64,000 nucleotides of DNA from Chloroflexota bacterium (lineage in GTDB: Bacteria > Chloroflexota > Anaerolineae > Anaerolineales > UBA11858): NCBI GenBank assembly GCA_043818215.1, contig JBDRGC010000023.1, positions 1,976 to 65,975 on the forward strand, given 5' to 3'. Shown piece by piece: positions 25,619-37,600 of this stretch. The notes under the pieces are model-generated. The model made no database searches, had not been told where the DNA came from, and saw nothing but the letters and a program-made list of their open reading frames with translations. Position numbers and translations under genes: made by a program. How positions within the stretch are numbered: the stretch's first letter is position 1; every line of letters begins with the position of its first letter.

Positions 25619-28600
25619 CCGACCCGGTTGACATCTACCCAATGGGGATGGTGGATCGAGACGGCCAGCATACTAATGGCAGCAACCCCAATGCGTTTAC
25701 AGATGATCACCCTTTCGAACTCAAGATCGAATCATTGCAAACCGGACTACCGGTCTTCGTTGATTTTCAGCTTCGTCCAGAAAACCCAGACCACCTGACC
25801 TACGCCTTGAATGTCCTGGATTGGCCCAGCGAAGACATCGAGGGCCAGATTCAACATGTCAAACACACGACTTTTGCCAGCGATTTTACCGATGAACAAT
25901 TAACAGGCAATCCCTCCGCGGCCAATGGGGATATGCGCCTGATCCCGATGCTGGAGTTGACGATCTCTGGGGATCATGTTCCTTTTGCCCGCACGAATCC
26001 TGCCATTGATGTGGCAGTCCGCGGGGTAATTTCTGGCACCATTCAACTCGAACAGGCCAGCAGCAACCGGGATAACACCAGCCTCGATTTTTCCTTTGAT
26101 GATCCAGGCCAGGATTACACCGTTAAGATTTACGAGGGCGGTTGTCCTGTCTCAGGCACGCCCGTCAAAACTTACACCAATAGATCGGATGGCGATTCAA
26201 GCACCTGGACTGGCAAAAAAGTCGTTGATTTGGCGAATGGTACTTATGCCCTGACCGTGTCGAATGGCACAGATACCGTTTGTGCTGCGATTGGCAATAT
26301 CATCAACGGCCCTTATATCTACGCCATGATTGATCCGGAACCCCTGCGGCCTTATGGAATCTCGGTTCGGGAGGCCGACCAAAATGGAACCCTGATCGCA
26401 TATATCCCCCTCAACATGGTTCCCGACGAAACCGGGGGCGGGCGAGTAGCCTTCTCGGCCCGGATGGCCTATGAACTGGGAACCGATGCCACCTGGGATC
26501 AGGCCCAGCAGGTCCGCATGGTCTGGATGCTGGAAATGCTGACCGATAGCTGCGATTCGAATGGCTTCGAAGAAGATTGGGCCGCCATGACCCTCAGCGA
26601 CCCCACTTTGGGCATGAAAGCCGGTTCAAAAGACGCCGCCTTCCGCACCTGGTGCAGCCTGCCCGAACACCGCACCCCAGACACCTCTCGGATTGTGCAT
26701 ACTTATGACGATTCCTGGATTCTAACCGGGTTGGCGGTACGGGAAGATCATGGCCTGGATGTGGCCGTGGTTTATGAAGACCCCGCCCAGGGGGATGTGG
26801 CTACCAGCGAAAACCTGTGGCAACTCTCCCGCGGGCTGGCCGCCACCTTCCTGGTGGGCCGTGATTGTGAAGACAACGATGTTACCACTTATCCCGATTA
26901 CGACCCGGATACGGGCAGTTGCAATGATGATACGTATCGCGATATTTCAGTCTACACCAATGGCCCGGATGGGAACACGATCGGGAATACCAATATCTAC
27001 AACCGCTTCGATGCATCCGGCAGCGCGGCCGATGGCGATGACCAGCGCTGGGGCATCCCCAAAGCAGCCTTGCAGGTGGCTCGTTTTCGCTACGACAGCC
27101 AGGATTACGCCACCTATCTGGCGATGACCGAAACCCCGGACATTTTGGAAGCCAACTTCGCCCATACCGACGAACCCACCTTGCTTTTTGCCCGTGAAGA
27201 GCATTACCGCAGCGCCGACCTGGGTGCAGCCTCCAAAAGCGGAAGCGTGTTCACCGTAAATATGGTTTCCAGTAATCAACCGCTGCAAACCGTCACCGGC
27301 CTCAAATGGATGCCTTACGCCTATGATGATGATACCGGCTGGTCGCCTATCCCCATTCGAGAACTTTGGGATGATCTCATCATCCAATATGAAGACACCT
27401 TTGCCCAAACCTACCCGGAGGATACCGAAGCCGCCAACCTGGGGCGGGCCGTGGTGGCCCGTTCTTATTATGTATCCCTGATTCAGGGCCTGGTCCAACA
27501 AGTAGAAATTGGCAGTGACCTGCTCTGGCAACCCGACCTGGAAGGAGAAGCCGACGATTGGGTTTACAGCGTCGAAACTCAATTAGAGTACATCTCATTC
27601 TTTGGTTGGATTTTGGCGGACGTACTCAAGGAGGCCTTTGACACTTATGGAACAAAGTGGCGGTTTATCAACATTAGCGGCTTTTCGGTAGATTCGGGTG
27701 TGCTTAAACCCTGGCAAAGCTTGCTGCCGGTGGAAGAATTTCACGGGGCGCTAGAATCGATTGGCGAGGGGATCAAATCGGCCACCTGGGGGCCGTGGGC
27801 CAGCCTCTTCTCCGGTGGGGTTAAATCCAAAATCGGGGCCGGAATAGCCCTGGCTGGTGCTGTGGCGGTGGTTGGGTTGACGATTTATGGCATCACCCAG
27901 CAGAGCAACGCCCTGGATATCGTCTCGATGGTCATGACAGGCCTGTGGGTCATCCTGGCTATCCAGAATCTAGTCAGCACCGCGGTGCAAGTCATCAAAG
28001 CCGTACAAGAGGCTGGCAGTATGGCGGCCGCGGTCAGCAAAGGCTTATCAGAGGCTACCAGTAATATCAAATCGACCTTCAAAAGCGCCGCGGTCGTCGG
28101 GTTGATCATCAGCGTGGTTGCCACCTGGGCTGCCTTAGGCGCCCAGATTGGCCTGTCGTATGGCCTGGGGGGCGGGATGTCGAGCATTGCCCTGGGGACC
28201 GCCATCGCGGGGGCCATCGCGGCAACTGTGGTCATGGTGATTATGTTCGTTATCGCGGCCATTCCCATCGTGGGACAGATCATCGCCGCTATCATCATGC
28301 TGATCGATGCCGTCGTCAGTCTTTTTTGCACCATCTTTCTGGATGAGGAACAAGCCGAACACCCCGCGGCCGAATGGTTCTGCGGCGGTCTGCAAGGCAT
28401 TGTCACCAAAGCGTTGACCGTGTTGATTTACAGCGGCAATGTGATGGTCGAACTTTACCCCGAAGATTACGACCGGTTAGAGTTTTACGACTTTTTAGCC
28501 GATGATCTGGTTGATCCTGATTTAGGGATTTCAGTGGGGAACAAGGTCAAATACAGCCTCTCGATCACCAACACCATCGATATTGCCCCCTTGCCCGATG

Positions 28601-31600
28601 ATCTCGGAGCGGCCTATCGCTACCAATATAACGATAAACAATTACGCAGTTCTGCTTTCAGTTACGATCTATCGATTACCAATACGGTTGAATTGCACGA
28701 AAATTTAGACCGCTACACCACCACCACCGATTGGGAATACGTGGACGGCGGCAGCGAGGCAGATTGGGGCGATTTCGGCCACACCTGGCACAAAGCTGAA
28801 CCGGTTTACATCAACCGCACCGTCCAGCACCCGGATGGAGTCCCCTTTGAGGTTGCCGGGATCAACCAGAGCGTCCCGCTTTACCTCCTGGAGGGCTGGG
28901 CCGTCCCTTCCCAGAACTGCATCCTGGGGATTTGCACCATCTGGACAGATCGCGGCACCGAAAATTTCAACCTGGGCAGCGGCCTGAAATTCGACGTTTT
29001 CCCGGTCACCCTGGATGAATTCTATACCCTGACATCCAAAGATGGGGGTTACGCTCTCGCCTGGTCACAATCTGGCGATGTCACTTTCCCTCGCCTGGTC
29101 GATGGTGATGGAGACGGCATTCCCTACCCTGTCGATGCCCACGACAATGTTTGGGACAATGACGGCGACGGCCTCTCGGATAGTTTCGAGGTCAAGCTGG
29201 GTTCCAACCCGGATAATAAAGACAGCGACGGGGACGGCCTGCCCGACAACCTGGAATTGATCTCTGAAACCAACCCCCTGCGCACCGACAGCGACGGGGA
29301 TGGATTATCGGATGGTGCAGAAGTCTATCATCAAGATATTACCGATCATGACTCAGATGGCAATTTCACTGAATGGTTGGGGGGCTGGGAATATGGCTAC
29401 AATTTAAAACCCGATGGAACCCTGCAAACCACCTGGGTTTCATCATCCCCAATGAGTACAGACAGTGATGGCGATAGCCTCACAGATTTCCAGGAAAAAA
29501 CCTTTGGATTCAACCCCACCTGGATGTCAAATCCCACTATTTTGACCTTTGAATCCACCATTTCTGAGTCCGATGGGAGCGGCGGTTACACCGATTCGGA
29601 CGGTTTCGCCCTGCCGGGGGATACCCTTTATTACGCCGCCTCCGTGGAGAACGAACTCTACAACCGCTGGGCGCACGGCCTGCTGGATACCGATTTTCCC
29701 GGCGTGCTCGATGATGACGCCATTGACCCTCAACCCTTCCTGCTCTATCCTTTGGAGCAGCAGGTCATCGAGGGTCAGGTGCCCGTGGCGAACACTGCGG
29801 CCTCCGGCGTCTACAACCTGACCCAGACCGCCGGCGCCCTGATCTCCGATTGGGCCGAGCTGGCTTCGGGGGCTGCCCTGTGGTATCCCTTCGAGGATGA
29901 CGCCGCCGCAACCACTTACGCTGACCGCTCCGGGTCGATCCCTCCCGACGACGGCACCTGCTCGAACGCCACTCCGGGGGCGGGCTGCGTCCCCATTAAA
30001 AATGACGGCGTTTATGGCGGAAGCCTCAACTTCGATGGGACTGCCCGCGTTGCCTCAGACTACGATCCTGCGGACAACGCGTTCGCAATTTCATTGTGGT
30101 TCAAAACCACTGAGCCTAATGGCGGCCTGTTAGATACCCAAGGGTTCTGGGATCGCTGGTTGTATCTGTATGGTGGCAACGTCAAGGCCAGAATGTACAA
30201 CGGAGTTTCTCACCAAATCCTGACCAGCGCGCAGACCTACAACGATGGGGATTGGCATCATGTGGTGCATACCTTTGGCGGGTCAGCCGGTGGACAGAAA
30301 CTGTATGTGGACGGGCAGCGGGTCGACAGCGGGAGCTACACCACGGCCAGAGCCAGCACAAACGGGATCCGCCTCGGCTATGCCAATATCAGCGGCATTG
30401 GCTACTTCGACGGCAAAATCGATGATGTTCGACTTTTCGAGCGCGGCCTGACCTTCACAGAAGTGCAGGCAATCTTCGATACGCCCATCCTCGACCTGCG
30501 TTTCAACGAAAGTTCGGGATGGCAGGATTCCTCGCCTTTCGCAAACGATGCCTCTTGCACCGGAACCTGTCCCGATCACGTTGACGGCATCGATGGGCGG
30601 GGGGCCAATTTCAGTGGCAGTCACTATATCACTGTGCCCTCCGATGACAGCCTGAAACTCAACCAGGGCGGCTTTACCATTGGCGTCTGGATTTATCCGA
30701 CCGAATCCCCGGAGTATTGTTACCAGCGTGAGTTTTACAGCCCGCCCTGCGATATCTGGAAACCCCAGCCCCAGGGCATTTTGGGATTCGGCAGCGGGGA
30801 AGACAACGCTTACCCTACCTTACAGCGGGTGGGAAACGCGCTGCGCTTTACCTACGGGGACAAACCCTATTTCACCACCGGCGATGTCCTCCAGCCCAAC
30901 AAATGGAACCATGTGGCCGTGTCCTATGATGGCAGTGCTGTACTCATCTACGTTAACGGTGTGAAAGTCGCCGAAGATTCCACCACCTTCACCACGCCCC
31001 CGCCAGGGACCAAAACCCTGACAGTTGGCCGCAGTGGGACAGCCGGGACCTTCGAAGTCAAGAAAGTTCGCGTTGATGAAGAGGGCGACGGCATCGGGAA
31101 GGCCGAAATGTGTATCGCCTTTCGATCCTACGGCGGTGATTGGCAAACGGTCTTCGACCAGCAGGTGGATGGCGGACTGGTGGATGCATCTTATTTCCCC
31201 CTGCTTTACAATGTCGCCGCTGGCCCCTTCGAGTTCAATACCCTCGCGGATTTACGAGTCTGGGAGGATGATGGCGGGGAACACTGCGTCACGGTTAATA
31301 ATAAAAGTGATTCCGACCCCATAGATGACGGGGATGATGGCATGGGATTCTGGTCATTCCGCACGACGGATGTCAGCAAAGGGTTCGACAAGCTCTATTC
31401 CACCGACCCCACCACGGATCCCTACCGCCACTATGGGTTGATGGGATATTCCGGCGATTCTTCCGGTCATTTCTACATGGTCTACCACAACGACTCGATA
31501 CCCTTCTACGGCAAAATTGATGAGTTGCTGATCTACAACCGCCCCTTCGATGCTGACTCGGTTCTGGATATGTACCAGGCCCAGCGGCTTTCCCTGCACC

Positions 31601-34600
31601 TGAAATTCGACGACCCCCCCGGCGAGACCAGCTTCGTCGATTCGAGCTTTGGGCATCACAACGCCTCGTGCGGCGGCGCAGCCTGCCCTGTGGCTGGCGT
31701 TGCCGGCCGCGTTAACCAGGCCGCCATCTTCGATGGGAATGATCACCTGACCCTCGCCAACAGCGGGATCAACCGCCTGACCAACGAATTCAGCGTCGCG
31801 GCCTGGATCAGGCCGGAGAGCGTCAGCGGCTACCACCGTATTCTTTCTACGGCACGTACCAACAGCCACAACGGGTTTGCATTTGGCACTTACAACGACG
31901 GCCTGAGCTTCACAACCTTTGGGAAAAAGGATTACGCCCTGACCGGATTGGGCCTTGTGACCGGGAAATGGACTCACGTCGCCGCGGTGATGGACGAAAA
32001 CAACGCTGTCAGTTTCTACGTCAATGGCGTATTCCAGGACATCGTCGCCGGGTCATCCCCCGCGAGCGCGGATACCGACGATGCCCTCCTGGTGGGCGCG
32101 ACCACCGATAGCGGAAGCAGCGTCCGGATTCAGACCTTCAATGGCCGCATCGATGACCTCTACGTCTTCTCGAACGCCCTCAGCGAAGCCGGGATTCTAA
32201 ATCTTTACCAGAATGCCCCCGCCTTCCAACTCCACCTCGATGAAACCCAGAGCGCAACCGGTTTTTCAGATGATGCCAACCCCTCCCGAATGGTCTCCTG
32301 CACTGGCAGCCATTGCCCGCAGGTTGGTTTTGGTGTAGACGGCCAACTGGGGACCGCTGCCCAGTTTGATGGGGTCGATGATTATATCTACACGCCATAC
32401 AGTCAACAAACCACTGGAGATTTCTCCATCTCTGCCTGGGTGCGGCCCACCGCAATCCGGGACGGTCAGCAACCCATCTTTGTTCACTATGCCACATCCT
32501 ACGCAAACTTTGGGTTATTCATCAAGCCAGATTCGATGATTCCCCAGTTCCTGGCCCACGGTTGTGCTGGGGGGAGCGAGACAGTTCTCGATTCAGGATC
32601 CGCACTCATTATGAATTCCTGGAACCACATCGTAGGCACTTATAGCGGCGGGACGATGACGATCTATATCAACGGTGCCCCCCAAGGCAGCCAGAATTGG
32701 AACCGGTGCCAAAACCCTGGCCCGTTCTGGGTTGGCGGGAATGTGCCTGATACGGTGCCTTTTGCCGGTCAACTGGATGAAGTCACCCTCTACAATCACG
32801 CCCTCTCACGGCAAATGATCGCCGAGATTTTCAACTACCAGGGCAAATGGGTTCAAGAACGTCAGAGCCACAATATCGCCATCGATGACGATAACCCCAC
32901 CGTGACCCTGGAAACCACCGGCGACCGCCTGCCGGACACCGATGTCCAGATGCTGGTCATCGCCAGCGACCCCACTTCGGGCATCCAAAGTGTCCAGTTC
33001 GGCGTACAGGCTCCTGGGCAGAGCAGCTACACCTGGAGCGACGCGCCTCCCTGTCAGGATGCCGCCGCCGAGACCGCCTGGTGTCCCACCTTCAACCCCG
33101 CTGGCGAAGGGGCTTATAGCCTGCGCGCCAAAGTCACCGATTTGGTCGGCCATATTTCCACAACCGATGCCACCGTTTATGTGGACAATCAATCGCCCAC
33201 CGCCACTTTCGATTTCACCGCCAACGCACTCCTGCTCCCCACCCTCTCGGATACCCAGCCCAACACCTGGGAACTTGCTCTTTCAGGGATGATCAGCGAT
33301 CCGGATATCGGTTCGGAGGCGGGCAGCGGGGTGGCCGCCAGCAGCCTCCAGGTAAGCGTTTTCAATGAAAATGGAACCCTGGTCGGCCCAGCACCGCAGC
33401 CCCCGACTTTGAACGGGGACAATTGGAGCCTGGATTACGATATCGCCGAACCCTACCCCAGCGGCATTTTCACCGTCACCCTGACTGCCACGGATAAGAT
33501 CGTTTTACGGGCTGGATTGGATGATTCTCAACTAGATCGACATTCCCTTGAGACCTCCCGGTTGATTCAGATCGATGCCACACCCGCGGCGGGGTACCTG
33601 GATTTGGGAGGGGTTACAGCTCTCATCACGGACACTCAAACCCTGGAAGGGCAGGCCACCGAGCGTCCCGTTCACCTGCGCGTGGCATGGAATACCGACG
33701 CCCACGCCGACCAACTTGGGCTGGCAATCACCTGCAATGGCTTGATCCAGCACCAATTCCAGCCGGGGACTCTCCAACCTTTAGCCGATTCTTACTCCTG
33801 GAGCGGCGACGTCCACCGCGGCGCGGCCTGTCAGATCCATCTCACCGATACCGGCGGGGATGGCGGCACCAGTGGGACTATCGAGGCCTGCGGAGAAGAA
33901 ATCGCCGACTGGGATGCGAGTTTCGGCGGGGGGCAGGTAGTCAACTTTACGGCAGTTGCCGATGCCTGCGGCCCCTCCCTGGATGTGGCCGGGGTCGCGG
34001 GGGTCGAAACGGCCCTCGTCTCGGTGCTGCCCGGTTCGCCGTTTTACAACCAGGAACCCATCCCTGGGGCAACCCTACACCTGCCCTTTGACGATGTTCC
34101 CACAGCCAACGGAACACTTAGTTTCCGCGATATCTCTGGCGAAAACCGCAACGGCACCTGTACCGGGATCGCCTGTCCAACATGGGGACAGCCCGGCCAC
34201 GTTGGCAGAGCGGTGTCCTTTTCTGGGGCGCAATGGATCGATAGCACCAACTTCGATATCGACGATGACTTCACCCTGTCCCTGTGGATCAACCCGCTCG
34301 CGACCAGCGATGGACAGTCTTTCATCGGAAAACACACCTACGGAGGTTCCAACCTGATCGTTTTCGGTTTTTGGAACGGTGGTTATAGCTTCCGCATCCG
34401 CAGTGATTCTTACGATGCGGGCACAAAAACAACCGGCTGGCAGCATCTCGTTGTGGTCGGCCAAAAGACCTCCGCCACCACTACCCTCGTGACGGTCTAT
34501 AAAGACAACCAACTTCTCTGGCAGCATACTTTGAATGCTGTGGTGGGGAATGTATCTGGCAAACCCTGGAGCTTCGGCCAGGAATGGGATGGTAATACCC

Positions 34601-37600
34601 GCAGCGATTATTTCTCCGGCCTGATGGATGAGGCGCGTTTCTTCGACCGGGCCATGGACGCCGCCGAAATTAGCGAACTTAATATGGGAGCCAACCCGGT
34701 GCTGCACCTGCCCCTGGACGAATCCTGGGCCAGCAACGGAACGGCCCTCCCAGATCAATCAGGCTGGGCGCATGACGGCTGGCTCTCTGCCGGCATAGGT
34801 GACATGGTCAATAAGGCCGCCCCAGGCGGGGTTGGCCCCTACGCCCTCGATTTCGACGGGAGCGACGACCACATCACCATCCCGGATAGCAACGCCCTGG
34901 ATTTGGAACAGTTCAGCGTTGGGTTGTGGGTCAGGCCGGACACGTGGTCATATTCCGTGGATAACCCCCTGATTCTGAAGGGCAACCAAAGCGGGAATAA
35001 CCTCAACTATGGCATTTATATCACCGCTCAAGGGAAGCTCAGTTTCCGTTTTTATGATGCTTCTTGCACGACCCTGCACGCGGTAGAAGACGGCGTTGCC
35101 CCTCTCCATCAATGGAGCCACATCCTAGCAACTTACGATGGGACACAAGTGAGCATTTATCGAAATGGTCAGGTTGTCAAAACAGAAGCGGTTTCTGGGG
35201 GAGTCTGTCAAAATAATGATCCGGTGTGGATTGGCGAAACCCCAGGTGGGGTGACCACATACGAGGGCCTGATTGACGATGTGATCCTTTACCCGCGAGT
35301 GATTTCTGAACCTGAAGTGGAGAGTCTCTACGCGGCTGGTTGGCAATCGACTACCACAACACCGACAGGGGTCGGGGTGGAACTTTCCGATTGGAACACG
35401 AGCATCCCCGCCGGGCTAGAAGGAACTTTCCGATTAGATTTACGCGGCGAGGACATGAACGCTTTGGTCAGCAAACCCGAGGCGGCTTGGCAGGGCGAGA
35501 TCGACACTCTGGATCCACGAGTGACGCTGGATGCCCAGGTCAGCGGCGACACCGTCCAATACACCACCATCGCCGCCGACTGGAACCTGACCGAAAGTGG
35601 CTATAACACGCCCTGCGGTGCGGGGATCATCGACCAGCGGGAATATTTCGAGTCTCCCTGGTATCAGGCCTTGGGCACTGGCGAGCAGCGTGTTTATCAG
35701 CTAACGACACAATGCGAACACTCCATCGCGGAATTATCCGGCGAAGTTGGGGCCTACGATACCCCCGGACTATCTTATGGCGTTGCCGTCAGTTCCACTC
35801 TGTCGTATATCGCCGATGGGGAGGGTGGTCTGCAAATCGTGGACGTCTCTAACCCCGTTCAGCCCCAATTCGTCGGTTCTCTGGGTGGGATATATCCCTG
35901 GGCCGTGGCAGTCGCACCCGGGGGGGCAGTGTTGATACCTGATCTGATGGTCGACAGCATTGCCGTAGAACCGGCTTCCCCGGAGATCAACCAGGCCTTC
36001 ATCGTCAGTGTGACGGTCCGCAACCAGGGGGCTGGCACGGCCTGGAATTTCACCACTGCAATTTATCAGGATGCCCAACCCGCGGCCTGTGAGGGGTCGA
36101 TCCCCCAATGGACGGCTGCCATCCCGCGGCTGGATGCCGGTCAATCCGCGGTGGTGGCCTTCTCCCACTCCGGGTTTTCGTCTTTCACCCCCCACACCCT
36201 CTACGCCCAGGCGGATTCCGGCTGCATGGTCGCCGAGTCCGACGAAGCGAACAATATCGCCGGCCCGCTGTACATCACCGCTGTCCAATCGGACCTGGTG
36301 GTCGAAAGTTTGAGTTTCGATCCGGTTTCCCCGTTTGAAAACCAGCCCTTCACCATTACCGCGGTGATCTCCAATACGGGCACCGGGGCAGCGGCGACTT
36401 TTAGCACCACGATCTATATTGACCAGGCAATTGGATTCACAGACTGCAACGTTCCTGGCTGGGCTACTATGTCCGTATCATCGTTAGCGGCAGGCACTTC
36501 TACGGAGGTGGTCTTTAACCATTCTGGGCTCTCAGCCACGGGGGATTACGAAGTGATTGCTTATGCCGATTCGGGCTGCGATGTGGCCGAAAGCCAGGAA
36601 CTGAATAACCTTGCCGGCGATTGGGTCACTGTAGTCACAGCACCTAAACCGGATTTACTTATCACGCTTATTACCTCAGAAACCAACTCTCCCATCATCA
36701 ATCAGCCCTTTGTCGTCACTACCACCGTCCACAACCAGGGAACTGCGGCCAGTGGTGCTTTTACAACGACGGTCTTTTTGGACGAACAACCGTTAGCATG
36801 CCCGAATCTGACAGGACAGTTTGATGCCACCCGCATCACCAACCTCGATCCGGGCGAATCGGCCACCATCACATTCACCCATCCTGGGATATCAACGTAT
36901 GGCGGGCACTTTATCACATCTCAGGCTGACAGCCATTGTGAGGTGATTGAATCAATCGAGACCAACAACACTTCCACCAGGCTTAATTTGAACGTAGTTG
37001 ATCCTAACAAGCCAGACTTAACGATAGAAAACATCGTCACCCATCCGATAACCCCCACGATTAACCAATCCTTTATCATCAGTGTAACTTTGAAGAACCA
37101 GGGGCTGGGAATTGCTGTAGATTTCTATGGATACATTATGACTGCCATCTATCAGGATAAAGTACCTTCGAATTGTGATGAAGGTACTCTATGGATCTAT
37201 ACCGGTCCGCTCAACCCTGGTGAAACCAGGATCATTACCAGGACGCTGGCTGGGATATCCACGCCAGGGCCACACCAGTTTTATGCAAATGTCGATTCCG
37301 CATGTGAAATCTCAGAATCTAACGAAGACAATAACATCTTTGGGCCGATCACTGTAACAGCAAGAGCACCCGATCTCATCGTCGAAGAAATCGCCACCCA
37401 ACCCATCACGCCAACAATCAACCAATCTCTGGTGGTCAGTGTCACGATCAAAAATCAGGGGTTGGAGGCAGCTCAAAACTTCGATACAACTTTCTACTTC
37501 GACCATATCCCCTCCCAATGTGATGAGGGCGCGCCGGACTGGTATTTTGCTCATACCGATTACCTGACCGCTGGCGTTTCCACCGTGGTCACAATGACGT

